From NCBI GenBank assembly GCA_963665095.1, contig OY762069.1, forward strand, positions 736,001-800,000: a DNA stretch of 64,000 nt, in the 5' to 3' direction. The stretch's first letter is position 1; every line of letters starts with the position of its first letter. The notes under the pieces are model-generated. The model did not search any database. It was not told the origin of the DNA and saw only the letters and a list, made by a program, of their open reading frames with translations. Shown here piece by piece: positions 1 to 9,779 of this stretch. This stretch comes from an uncultured Desulfobacter sp. (GTDB lineage Bacteria > Desulfobacterota > Desulfobacteria > Desulfobacterales > Desulfobacteraceae). A program made the position numbers and the translations under genes.

Positions 1-106
1 TGGCCCCTGTAAAAGCTGGTGATTTGCAAATAATCGCAAAGAAGAATCTTAACTTACTGGATTCTTTCTTAATATGGTTACCAACCATTTAAAAAGGGAG
101 GCAGTT

Positions 107-604
107 ATGACATCAGTTAGATTAATTGAAAACCTGCACATTTTTAACGAGTTCAGCCACAAAGAACTTGAGCTTGTTGCAGGACTCTGTTCAACAGCTG
201 AGTACCGGGAGGAGGAGTGCCTGTTTAAGGAAGGGGATCCAGCGACGGAAATGTGGATTGTTCTGGACGGCGGAGTCGAACTGCGGTTTGAACTGCCCGG
301 CAGAAGAGCAAGTACGAGTGAAAGCATGGTCTCTTCGCACCAAAATGACGTGCCTGAGTCCCAGGTGTTTGGCTGGTCCTGTTTTATTCCTCCTTATAAA
401 ATGAGATTGTCAGCCTATTGCACCTCCAAACGCTGCCATGTTTTAAAAATCGGCAGCGACCAGCTGTACAAAGTGATGAACGATGACAAGGAGATCGGTT
501 TTAAGATAATGAATTATCTTGTCCAGGTAATTGGTTTTCGCTTTAAGCAGATGCAAAATGAGGTGGCAAAAATCATAGGCGTCAGCATGATGAATTCCTG
601 GTAA
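107..604 (+). CDS. Cyclic nucleotide-binding (Crp-like cNMP) domain protein, no HTH
   Basis: LFKEGDPATEMWIVLDGGVEL and FGWS motifs; GGGAGG RBS before ATG 107 (ORF track starts at 74). Confidence 0.8.
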   Translation: MTSVRLIENLHIFNEFSHKELELVAGLCSTAEYREEECLFKEGDPATEMWIVLDGGVELRFELPGRRASTSESMVSSHQNDVPESQVFGWSCFIPPYKMRLSAYCTSKRCHVLKIGSDQLYKVMNDDKEIGFKIMNYLVQVIGFRFKQMQNEVAKIIGVSMMNSW

Positions 605-668
605 TCGGCCGGGATAGTTTTAAACTTCGGGACAATGGCCGGCGTTATTGCCGGCGAAAGGGGGGAAG

Positions 669-1766
669 ATGCCAGAAACCTTTTCAGATCTGATTCGCGA
701 TGTACAGGATAAAGGGAAGTGCTTTTGCTGCGGGGGATGTGTTTCTTTCTGTTCCACCATTAATTCCGGTGCTATAAAACTGGATCCTGAAGGAAGGCCG
801 GTTTACGATGATCACTTGAAATGTCATGAATGCGGGTTGTGCTACTCCATCTGTCCCCAGACAAACGAGTTGGATGAGGCGGTTAAAAAGCTTACCTCAT
901 GGCAGCCGCCCATGGGAAAAGTTTCCGGTTTTGAGGTTGCAAAGGCGATAGATCCGGCTATTTGTGAAAATGCCACAGACGGCGGAGTTGTGACGGCACT
1001 GTTGCTCTATCTGTTTGATGCCGGAATGATTGACGGTGCCGTTGTCAGCCACAACAGTGATCAGGGTAGGGTGCCAGCGCTTGCAACCACCCGGGAACAG
1101 ATTCTTGCCTCATGCGGGACCCACTTTGGCAGCTCCCAGGGAATGGTTCATCTGTCCCGGGAGTACGACACCTTTTCACCCTCCATTGATGTGCTGACTG
1201 GCTATCGCAAAGCCGGCCTTCACCGGCTGGCTTTTGTGGGAACCCCATGCCAGATAAATGCAATCCGGAAAATGCAGGCCCTTGATATTATGCCGGCAGA
1301 TGTCATTTCCTTCTGTTTTGGGCTTTTCTGCTCGGGAAATTTCACTTTTTCACGGGCGTTGTTTGAACAATTGGAGAAACAATATCAGTTCAACAGGGAT
1401 GATGTGTGCAAGATCAATATCAAGGATGATTTTATCTTCACGTTGAATTCGGGAAAATCGGTTCATATCCCCATTGAGGCGTTTGATTCGGTCAGGCGGT
1501 ATGCCTGTCGTTTCTGTGATGATTTCAGTGCAGAATATGCAGACATCTCGTTTGGGGGCTTAGGATCGGAAAAAGGGTGGACAACGGCTGTGATCCGGAC
1601 CGATGCTGGCAGGCAGCTGTGGACATCAGCCGTTGACAAGGTACTGGTTTCCTACCGGTACGAAGACAATTCCGAATATGCCACCCACGCGGAAAAAAAG
1701 ATTGTCCATGTGTCTGAGGTGAAAAAGCAGAAAGCAAAAGAACACCGGAAAGCAATGGGCGAATAA
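669..1766 (+). CDS. F420 hydrogenase/dehydrogenase beta subunit family (FrhB/FdhB-like) with N-terminal 2x[4Fe-4S] domain
   Basis: CFCCGGCVSFC and CHECGLCYSICP; DGGVVTALL, VGTPCQ, GLFC, ACRFCDDFSAEYADISFG motifs. Confidence 0.85.
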   Translation: MPETFSDLIRDVQDKGKCFCCGGCVSFCSTINSGAIKLDPEGRPVYDDHLKCHECGLCYSICPQTNELDEAVKKLTSWQPPMGKVSGFEVAKAIDPAICENATDGGVVTALLLYLFDAGMIDGAVVSHNSDQGRVPALATTREQILASCGTHFGSSQGMVHLSREYDTFSPSIDVLTGYRKAGLHRLAFVGTPCQINAIRKMQALDIMPADVISFCFGLFCSGNFTFSRALFEQLEKQYQFNRDDVCKINIKDDFIFTLNSGKSVHIPIEAFDSVRRYACRFCDDFSAEYADISFGGLGSEKGWTTAVIRTDAGRQLWTSAVDKVLVSYRYEDNSEYATHAEKKIVHVSEVKKQKAKEHRKAMGE

Positions 1767-1815
1767 TTAAAAAAGGCTTTATTTTCAAGTGATGTTTAAA
1801 AGCCTGTAAGGTGAC

Positions 1816-1857
1816 AATTAAAAAAGGGGCGCTTTAAGCTGCGCCCCTTTTTTAATT
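1816..1857. terminator. Bidirectional intrinsic terminator
   Basis: aattaaaaaaggggcgc-N8-gcgccccttttttaatt between convergent genes. Confidence 0.85.
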
Positions 1858-3022
1858 AGAAGGATTCTTTAAGAATTTTCAGAATCTCATCGCTGGTCAG
1901 TTGCTTATAACCACCCCTAAGGATAACGGTGGATTCTGCAATTTTTGGCAACATCTCTTTGGTTGCACCCAGTTCCTTAAGGGATGTGACGATGCCGCAT
2001 TCATTCATGAATTTTTCCATGGCATGAATCCCTTCTTCTGCAATGGCCTCTTTTGTTTTTCCCTCTTTCGAAACACCCCATATTTCAGTGGCAAACCTGA
2101 CAAATTTATCCAGTCCGTATGGATAAACATGGCGGTAGTAGGGAAGAGAAATGGCAGCAAGCCCCATGCCGTGGGCACAGTCTGTATAGGCGCCAAGCTG
2201 ATGTTCGATCATGTGCACCTCCCAGTCCTGGGCCTTTGAAAGCCCGGTGACGGTGTTCAGGGCCAGGGTGGCATTCCACATCAGGTTACTGCGGGACTCG
2301 TAATCTTTAGGATCTTTGAGGGCTGCGCGGACATTATCAATGGATGATTTCAACAGGCTTTCAATGACATAGTCCGTGGTGTTGCAGTCATCACCGCTGA
2401 AGTACTGCTCCATGAGATGGGACATGGTGTCAAATACGCCGCTGACCATCTGATATTGCGATACGGAAAAGGTGTATTCCGGGTTCAGGATGGAAAATTT
2501 GGGGTTTACTTCCACTGGGAATACCCTGCCGGCCTTGACCTTTGTCTCTTCGTGGGTGATGACCGACCCGCCGTTCATCTCAGATCCAGTGCCCACCATG
2601 GTCAAAATGGAGGCCACAGGAACAGTTTTATTGCCAATGTCTTCATACTGCAGCCAGTATTTTTCAAAGGGATCAACATCGCAGTATGCTGATACGGAAA
2701 TACCCTTGGCGCAGTCAATGACAGAACCGCCGCCCACCGCTAAAATTAAACTGACGTCGTTCTCCCGTACAAGCTTTGCGCCCTCCATCATTTTATTATA
2801 GGTGGGATTGGGCATGACACCGGGCAGTTCCACCACCGTTTTACCGGCATTTTCCAGAATGGCTGTGACCTGGTCATAAAGGCCGATTTTTTTAATGGCA
2901 TTTCTGCCATAGGTCAGAAGCACGGTATCGCCATAATTGGCAAGTTCGGCTTTAAGGCTGTCCAGAGAATCTTTCCCGAAATAAATTTTTGTGGGATTGT
3001 AAAATGTAAAATCCAGTAACAT
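1856..3022 (-). CDS. Iron-containing alcohol dehydrogenase (butanol dehydrogenase Bdh/YqhD-like)
   Basis: NPTKIYFG, AVGGGSVID, GTGSE, D..SH..E, H.IEH, AHG.GLA motifs. Confidence 0.9.
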   Translation of the reverse strand: MLLDFTFYNPTKIYFGKDSLDSLKAELANYGDTVLLTYGRNAIKKIGLYDQVTAILENAGKTVVELPGVMPNPTYNKMMEGAKLVRENDVSLILAVGGGSVIDCAKGISVSAYCDVDPFEKYWLQYEDIGNKTVPVASILTMVGTGSEMNGGSVITHEETKVKAGRVFPVEVNPKFSILNPEYTFSVSQYQMVSGVFDTMSHLMEQYFSGDDCNTTDYVIESLLKSSIDNVRAALKDPKDYESRSNLMWNATLALNTVTGLSKAQDWEVHMIEHQLGAYTDCAHGMGLAAISLPYYRHVYPYGLDKFVRFATEIWGVSKEGKTKEAIAEEGIHAMEKFMNECGIVTSLKELGATKEMLPKIAESTVILRGGYKQLTSDEILKILKESF

Positions 3023-3195
3023 GTAACGCTCCTTTTTTTATGGGTAGACGTTGTTTTAAAAACAGCGGTTGCATTCATAACCACTTGTTATTAAATCAGT
3101 TGGTACTCACAGGATTGAGTATGGTAAAATAATAAGAAGCTGCCGGGGTATTGTAAATGCCTGTTACTCTACAATCCTTGCCTGATTCTCCGGGC

Positions 3196-3469
3196 TTAGA
3201 CCTCTTTGAGATCGATTTTTTTGCGTACATCCTGCCAGTCTTTTCCAGGCCAACCAGATATTGCCCATCACGCAGGGAAAGATTTTAAACATCGCCTGCA
3301 TGTTTATTTCACCTTTGTCTTCAAGCTCCCGTAGGTTAGGTACGCCGGGTTTGGGGCCAAAGATTTTTTCAGGAAGGGGGGCTGAGTAATAGATCCAGAA
3401 GGGTTCTTAGGTAGGTCCCAGGTGCTCTAAAAATACCCCCGTCTCTTCTATAACTGATTGTAAAGTCAT
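3196..3469 (-). pseudogene. Disrupted, internally deleted DUF169-like gene
   Basis: AAGGAG RBS + MTLQSVIEETGVFLEHLGPT*EPFWIYY...RELEDKGEINMQAMFKIFPCVMGNIWLAWK, in-frame TAA at 3407-3409, then a C-terminal DWQDVRKKIDLKEV* in another frame; family recalled from memory. Confidence 0.6.
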
Positions 3470-3574
3470 GGTGTCTCCTTTGTGGTTGTGTGTACAACTA
3501 TATTGTTTGTGTCAATATATTTTAGTTTGTTATAAAATTTAAATAATACAACTTAAAATAAAGGGAAGCCCACC

Positions 3575-4528
3575 ATGGATAAAATGGACAAAAAGGACAG
3601 GCCTGCATGGATAATGGGTCGGCGGGATTTTTTGAAGAAAACCATTGGCAGCGGGATCGCTGCCGGTTCCACCCTTGCCCTCACCGGGGTGGGAAAACTT
3701 CTGGCGGCACCCTCAAAAAACGCCTATGACCTGGTGGCGGTCCGGGGTGGGGAACCGGATCAGATGTTCGACAGCGCCATGGCCTCTTTGGGTGGTATTC
3801 AGACCTTTGTGCCCAGGGGCGGCCGGGTGGTGGTCAAGCCCAATATCGGCTGGGACGTGCCGCCGGATCGGGGCGGCAACACCCACCCCGTGCTTGTGGG
3901 GCACATTGTTGAGCAGTGCCTGGCCGCAGGGGCAAAAGAGGTATCCGTATTCGACCACACCTGTGACAACTGGCGGCGCTGTTATGCCAACAGCGGCATT
4001 GAGGCTGCGGTAAAAGCAGCCGGCGGCAAAATGGTCTCGGCAGACAGCGAAGGCTACTACAAAGCCGTCTCCATTCCAAGGGGAAAGCGGCTAAAGGAGG
4101 CTAAAGTTCATCAGGCGCTTTTAAACGCAGATGTTCTTATCAATGTGCCGGTGCTCAAACACCACAGCTCCTCCATGGTCACCATTGGCATGAAAAACCT
4201 CATGGGCGTGGTCTGGGACCGGTGGTACTGGCACCGCAACGACCTTCACCAGTGCATTGCGGATTTCGCCTCTTTGCGTAAGCCTGATCTCACGGTGGTG
4301 GATGCTTACAACGTCATGAAGCGCAACGGCCCCAGAGGCGTGTCAGCCAGTGACGTGCTCACAATGAAGGCACAAGTGGTCTCAACGGACATGGTGGCGG
4401 CTGACGCTGCCGGGGCCAGATTATTTGGTGCCAAGCCTGCTGATATTCGCCATATTCAGATCGCTTCAGATATGAACCTCGGGCAGATGCACCTTGAAAA
4501 GCTGTCCATCAACCGAATTAAGATGTAG
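3575..4528 (+). CDS. Tat-exported DUF362 family protein
   Basis: GRRDFLK twin-arginine signal; VVVKPNIGW, INVPVLKHH, GMKNLMG motifs. Confidence 0.85.
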   Translation: MDKMDKKDRPAWIMGRRDFLKKTIGSGIAAGSTLALTGVGKLLAAPSKNAYDLVAVRGGEPDQMFDSAMASLGGIQTFVPRGGRVVVKPNIGWDVPPDRGGNTHPVLVGHIVEQCLAAGAKEVSVFDHTCDNWRRCYANSGIEAAVKAAGGKMVSADSEGYYKAVSIPRGKRLKEAKVHQALLNADVLINVPVLKHHSSSMVTIGMKNLMGVVWDRWYWHRNDLHQCIADFASLRKPDLTVVDAYNVMKRNGPRGVSASDVLTMKAQVVSTDMVAADAAGARLFGAKPADIRHIQIASDMNLGQMHLEKLSINRIKM

Positions 4529-6145
4529 ATGGCAGCCTGCTTGCTTAAGCCACTGCGGGTCTGTGTCGCTGCCGCTTTTTTTATAGCCACAGCCCTGATT
4601 TTTTTGGATATATGGGAGACCGGGATAAATACGGTTGCTGACAACCTACTGTTTCTTCAGTTTGTTCCATCTGCGGTAAAATTTATGAACCACCCGGCAG
4701 TTGGGGCCATCGGTTTTATTGTTGTTATAATGATTACGCTTCTGCTCGGACGAGTCTACTGCTCTGCCATCTGCCCTTTGGGAATATTCCAGGATCTGAT
4801 TTCCCGTGTTTTTTCAAACAGAGCAAAGCACGGCGTAAAGGAAAAAAACCGAGGCAGATACCACTATTCCGCCCCTCGAACTATTTTAAGATACACGGTA
4901 CTGACGGCAACGCTTCTGCTCTTTTTCGGGGGAACGGGTCTGCTGCTCAACCTGCTTGATCCTTTCTCCAGCTTTGGCAGAATTTTTTCCAATCTGTTCC
5001 GGCCCCTGGTCATCATTTTAAACAATATGGGAGCGCCTGTGGCAGAGTCTTGGGGGGTCCATGCTTTTTACCGCGTCCAGTGGCAGGCAGTTGCTCCGGT
5101 TGCCCTTGGCATTGCCATGGTGACACTGGGCACGGTGGGGTGGATGAGCGTCCGGCACGGCCGTCTTTACTGCAACACCCTGTGTCCTGTGGGAACGATT
5201 CTGGGGCTGGTATCAACATTTTCCCTGGTGAAAATCAGCATTGATACCGGTTCCTGCAGGGGCTGCGGCAGGTGTGAGCAGGTCTGCAAGGCCGGATGCA
5301 TTGATGTAACGGCGAAAAGTGTGGATACCGGCCGTTGCGTCTCCTGTTTTAACTGCCTTTCAGTTTGCCCGGACAAGGCACTGGCCTACCGGCCAGGATT
5401 TCTGGCAATTGATGAATCTGTCCCTAAAACCCGCTCTCGAATCGAAGCGGCACAGGACCGCAGAAATTTTGTTCTTGCCCTGGCAGCCGGGAGCTTTGGC
5501 CTGGCTGCAGGCCGTGTCCATGCCGCCCCTGAAACCCTTCCTAAGGAGGCAAGACCAACCACCATCCCTGAAAATAAGACCTGCCCCTTGTCACCGCCCG
5601 GTTCGGTGAGCATTGAAAGATACACATCCATCTGTACTGCCTGCCACCTGTGCGTGTCTGCCTGCCCGTCAAGGGTGCTTGTGCCTTCAGTTTTTTCCTT
5701 TGGCCTGTCAGGCATACTGCAGCCGTGCATGAATTTTGACGCCGGCCACTGCAACTATGACTGTACGGTCTGTTCAAATATCTGTCCCACCGGTGCCATC
5801 CTGCCCCTGACAGTTGAAGAAAAACAACAGACACAGGTGGGCCTGGCCAAATTTATCAGGGAAAACTGTGTGGTTTATACGGACAACACCAACTGCGGGG
5901 CCTGCTCGGAACACTGTCCCACCAAAGCGGTGCACATGATTTTCTACCTGAATGCCGCCGGTCGTAAACTGGTTATTCCTGAAGTGGATGAGACTGTCTG
6001 CGTGGGTTGCGGCGGATGCGAACATGCCTGTCCCACAAAGCCCTTCAGGGCCATCTATGTGGACGGTAATCCAAAACACAAAACAGCCCAAAAACCCAGG
6101 CAGAAAAAGATGGCACAGGATACAGGTGAGGACTTTCCTTTTTAG
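4529..6145 (+). CDS. Membrane-bound polyferredoxin (NapH/MauN-like TM part fused to NapF/MauM-like 4Fe-4S domain)
   Basis: GRVYCSAICPLG and GRLYCNTLCPVG motifs, multiple CxxCxxCxxxC clusters, PPGS motif. Confidence 0.85.
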   Translation: MAACLLKPLRVCVAAAFFIATALIFLDIWETGINTVADNLLFLQFVPSAVKFMNHPAVGAIGFIVVIMITLLLGRVYCSAICPLGIFQDLISRVFSNRAKHGVKEKNRGRYHYSAPRTILRYTVLTATLLLFFGGTGLLLNLLDPFSSFGRIFSNLFRPLVIILNNMGAPVAESWGVHAFYRVQWQAVAPVALGIAMVTLGTVGWMSVRHGRLYCNTLCPVGTILGLVSTFSLVKISIDTGSCRGCGRCEQVCKAGCIDVTAKSVDTGRCVSCFNCLSVCPDKALAYRPGFLAIDESVPKTRSRIEAAQDRRNFVLALAAGSFGLAAGRVHAAPETLPKEARPTTIPENKTCPLSPPGSVSIERYTSICTACHLCVSACPSRVLVPSVFSFGLSGILQPCMNFDAGHCNYDCTVCSNICPTGAILPLTVEEKQQTQVGLAKFIRENCVVYTDNTNCGACSEHCPTKAVHMIFYLNAAGRKLVIPEVDETVCVGCGGCEHACPTKPFRAIYVDGNPKHKTAQKPRQKKMAQDTGEDFPF

Positions 6146-6177
6146 AAAAACAAAAACGGTGCCGGTTCACTCAGGGT

Positions 6178-6330
6178 TCATTTCAAATGTTTGATGGTGA
6201 CCCCTGGAACCCCTTCCATCAGCTTAATGAATCCCGGTACCTGGTTCTCCTGCCTGCTTGTGGTATGATAGGGGTAAACCCGTGTGGGTTTAAATGCTTT
6301 CACCGCAGCTGCGGCCATGGCTGAATCCAG
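6178..6330 (-). pseudogene. C-terminal remnant of MBL-fold metallo-hydrolase
   Basis: Reads LDSAMAAAAVKAFKPTRVYPYH...EGVPGVTIKHLK*, like the AA.A..AFKP..VYPYH C-terminus of UPF0173-like MBL hydrolases; no upstream body. Confidence 0.5.
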
Positions 6331-6396
6331 AATTTTGGACACCTTCAGTTGATCGTGTCAACAGTTTTGTATAAACAACCATCCCCTGGGTGATAT

Positions 6397-7311
6397 TCAT
6401 CCTGACTGATCATGGCTGTCAAAGGCTTCAAGGTGCTTTCGGCCTTCCTCCAGAAGGGTCTGGGTAAACGATTCAAGCAGGGGGGACTTTAAGTTCCAGC
6501 AATGCCAGAAGAGCCGGACGTTGATCGTCCTGCCTGAAAGCAGCACCGTTAAAAGTTTTTTTTGGATCAGGGGCGTGCCCTGGGCCAGGGGCACCATGCC
6601 GTATCCAAGGCCCATGGCAATGAAATCCACAAAGGTTTCGGAAGAGGGTACGTAAGTTATGGGTACATCCCCGGGCACGGTATCAAAAAGGGTGGCCAGC
6701 ATTTTTGCGTGCAGTTCATCCTTTCGGTTGAAAATGACGGCTGGCGCCTTTGATGCGGCATCCAAAGTCACCCCGCCGGCAAACCATTTCTCTTTAAAGT
6801 TCGGGGTACACATCAGTTGATACACCATAGTGCCGATTTCAAAAATCCGGCATCCCTGGAGAGCCCGGTCCTGCGTGCTGATGCAGCCGCATACCGTGCC
6901 GGTTTTTAAAAATTTGTGGGTCTGTTCCTGATCGTCCACCCGGATATCGAGTAAAATTTTTCCATCCGCCAGCATGGGGGCAACAGCCCTTGGAAACCAT
7001 GTGGCCAGACTGTCTGCATTGATCCCGACGGACAGGGTTACGGGTTGGTGGGAACCCGAAAGGGGTGCCCTGCCTTCAAGGTTCTCTTCCAGGTGTTTGA
7101 CCTGCAGATAGTGGGCAAGAAAACGTTGTCCCGCTTCTGTTACGGCCGGCGGCACGGTCCGGGTGAGCAGAACCTGTCCTGCCTGTTCCTCCAGAAGTCT
7201 CACCCTCTGGGAAACAGCGGACTGGGTCAGGCACAGTTTTGCGGCTGCTTTTTCAAACCCGCCTTCGTGGATAACCACGGCCATGGCTTCTATAAGTTTG
7301 TAATCAAACAT
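6397..7311 (-). CDS. argP: LysR family regulator ArgP/LysG
   Basis: GFEKAAAKLCLTQSAVSQR HTH; NADSLATW and LFWHCW ArgP-type motifs; divergent from LysE exporter. Confidence 0.9.
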   Translation of the reverse strand: MFDYKLIEAMAVVIHEGGFEKAAAKLCLTQSAVSQRVRLLEEQAGQVLLTRTVPPAVTEAGQRFLAHYLQVKHLEENLEGRAPLSGSHQPVTLSVGINADSLATWFPRAVAPMLADGKILLDIRVDDQEQTHKFLKTGTVCGCISTQDRALQGCRIFEIGTMVYQLMCTPNFKEKWFAGGVTLDAASKAPAVIFNRKDELHAKMLATLFDTVPGDVPITYVPSSETFVDFIAMGLGYGMVPLAQGTPLIQKKLLTVLLSGRTINVRLFWHCWNLKSPLLESFTQTLLEEGRKHLEAFDSHDQSG

Positions 7312-7446
7312 AATATATTATTAGAAAAATTTATGAATAATTAAAACAATTAATTTTACTTAATATATATCCCGGGATATTTTTTTCGATATTTTCAGCA
7401 ACCCGGTTGTAAGGACTTCGAAAGAGATGAAAGGATTTAGAAAGAG

Positions 7447-8064
7447 ATGGTAACTCCGTTTTTCCAGGGGCTTGGCACAGGCGGCGGCCTGATTGTAGCC
7501 ATTGGTGCCCAGAACGCATTTGTGCTCTCCCAGGGCATCCGCAAAAATCATCCCATGGTAATCACAGCCATCTGCATCTTTTGCGATGTCCTTTTTATCA
7601 GCCTTGGGGTGGCGGGCATTGGCGCAGCTGTTTCAAAATCAATGATTCTGTCAAAGGGTACGGCCTGGGCCGGTGCCGCGTTTCTATTTTTATACGGGTT
7701 TCAGGCATTCAGATCAGCAGCAGGGGAAAAGAGCCTTCAGGTTGAACAGGAGACCGGGCATATGCCCCTTGGCAGAGTTGTGGTCTCCACACTGGCTGTA
7801 ACACTTCTAAACCCACATTTCTACCTGGACACCGTGGTGCTGATCGGCAGTGTGGCGAGCCGCTTCCCCCTGGACCAGCGGTTTTATTTCTGGGCCGGTA
7901 CTGTCACGGCCTCGGCCCTGTGGTTTACAAGCTTAAGCACCGGGGCCAGGGTGCTGGCCCCTTTGTTTAAAAATTCACTCTCCTGGCGGATTCTTGACCT
8001 GATCATTGGTATTACCCTTTTGGCCATTGCCTTTTCCCTGGCCCGATATGCATTGACGCTTTAA
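7447..8064 (+). CDS. argO: LysE/ArgO family amino acid exporter
   Basis: LIVAIGAQNAFVL and TLLNPHFYLDTV motifs. Confidence 0.9.
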   Translation: MVTPFFQGLGTGGGLIVAIGAQNAFVLSQGIRKNHPMVITAICIFCDVLFISLGVAGIGAAVSKSMILSKGTAWAGAAFLFLYGFQAFRSAAGEKSLQVEQETGHMPLGRVVVSTLAVTLLNPHFYLDTVVLIGSVASRFPLDQRFYFWAGTVTASALWFTSLSTGARVLAPLFKNSLSWRILDLIIGITLLAIAFSLARYALTL

Positions 8065-8404
8065 AAGACAAAGACCTCGAAGCTGACGACTATAAAAAAC
8101 AATTCAGTATGGACTTCATCGGCGTCCAACGGGATGGACTCAACGATCTCAGCGAAGAAGAGGGCGATATCTGGATTCATAAGGCCTATCTTTTATCCCT
8201 TTAAGGCAATCCCTGCCCTCTGGTCTGGGCAACTTTCTCCGGTGGTAGATTGATTTTGACGAATTTTTAATAAATACGAAAAATCATGTAATATTAATCT
8301 GTTGAATATTAATAAGCAAGGTCCGTTTTTCGGTCGGACAATCCCCCCAGACTTTCCCTGTCAGCCTGTTAAACTACTTCAACTCCTCTGCCGATACAAT
8401 ACTT

Positions 8405-8623
8405 ATGGGAAATTACGTAATCAAAAATTGCAAAGGATGTAATCAACCACTTCGTATCCCTGCAGATATTGGGGGAATGCTCATGCGTTGCCCGAACTGT
8501 GGGTATGAATTCCATACCGATTTCAAACTCGGAGCAAAAGTCCGGAGGGAGTTGACTGGCAAAGATCCCGCCCAGGTTACGCCCGCCAAAAGCCCCCCAT
8601 CTACTTTTAAGATCATCGTGTAA
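8405..8623 (+). CDS. Small zinc-ribbon hypothetical protein
   Basis: CKGC...LRIP...CPNCG, two CxxC pairs in 72 aa. Confidence 0.65.
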   Translation: MGNYVIKNCKGCNQPLRIPADIGGMLMRCPNCGYEFHTDFKLGAKVRRELTGKDPAQVTPAKSPPSTFKIIV

Positions 8624-8750
8624 TTTCCGCAGCACCGCCAAAGACTCCACCTGATCTGGTCTGTCAGTTGAATAAAGACGATCCTACTCTGTAAAATATT
8701 CTACCGAGGCCTCTTCCAAGGCAAAAGATAATATTTTAAAGGAGAGCATC

Positions 8751-8958
8751 ATGAAAGTATAAAATGCAATCGACATTTTTCTGAATTATCAAAAAATGAA
8801 TTCAAAAAAAACACCATAGGAAATTATCGTTTTTTTCTGACATGATTCAAAAAAAGAATATGGCTTCTTTTGAAATATCAAATATCAACAACTCAGCGGT
8901 ATTTGGGAAAATTAGCGATACGGAGGCTATCCACTGGATTGATAATCTTTACAGATAA
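8751..8958 (+). pseudogene. Internally deleted tyrosine recombinase/integrase remnant
   Basis: AAGGAG RBS; N-terminus MKV*NAIDIFLNYQKMNSKK/NTIGNY joined to C-terminus STTQRYLG/KISDTEAIHWIDNLYR* (TTQRY catalytic-Tyr motif); stops and frameshifts. Confidence 0.7.
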
Positions 8959-9374
8959 TATTTTCGGGGCTGGTAAACTCCGGTCCCCCGATTAGCTTTG
9001 AAAAACCATATATTGTGCCAAGCCTTTAGGACAAGGATATTGAGACAACAAACGCTAAAGCTCGCCCTCGAATTACGGATGACCAAAGGACTATAAACAA
9101 AAACAAAGATTGGCAATGATTGTATTTTAACTACAATAATTCTGACCGATCCAATTTTTCAACCAGATGAACACCCTTGACTATTCCTGTAATTTTTCTG
9201 GTTTCTAAAATGATGCAGATTTCTAAATTATGAACCCTTCGGTCGGAAGGCTTACGATAGGTATTCTCCTTAGTTTTTATCATGTACCAGTGTCAACCAC
9301 CGCAATAAACATAAAATTTGTTTTTACAAGCAATCAGTGGACCTGTCTTGACTATTAGTATATTTAAGGATGGT

Positions 9375-9779
9375 ATGATTGCCGACCGGGAAACAAAATC
9401 CAGCAAAAATAAAAATGTCCGTATAGGACGGACAACAGACCGTCCCTATTGGATGATGATGCTTTCCATCATTGTACGGGCCGTTCATCAAATCGGAGCT
9501 GCGGTCTGCCTGGGTGCTTTTCTGCTTGGTGCGGATCTGCCCTGGTCCTACCTGGTCTTGGCAGGGACTTCCGGATGCTTGCTGATGCTAACCGAGGCAT
9601 TCCGGCACCGGCAGCTACTCAGGGAAGCGGTTGGTGTCATCACTCTTATAAAAACGGGAATCATCGGCATGGCGCTGCATGGCTGGATTCCGGCAGTTCC
9701 TGCGGTATTATTTGCCTTTGCCCTGGCATCCTTTTATTCCCATGCGCCTAAGACCATCCGGCACAAGATTTGGTTTTAG
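9375..9779 (+). CDS. Hypothetical membrane protein (about 4 TM)
   Basis: Hydrophobic ORF ending SHAPKTIRHKIWF; AAGGA upstream of ATG 9375. Confidence 0.65.
   Translation: MIADRETKSSKNKNVRIGRTTDRPYWMMMLSIIVRAVHQIGAAVCLGAFLLGADLPWSYLVLAGTSGCLLMLTEAFRHRQLLREAVGVITLIKTGIIGMALHGWIPAVPAVLFAFALASFYSHAPKTIRHKIWF

Noticed and set aside
3407..3409. Recoded stop in the DUF169-like gene
   Set aside because: It is TAA rather than TGA/TAG and the gene also has a large deletion
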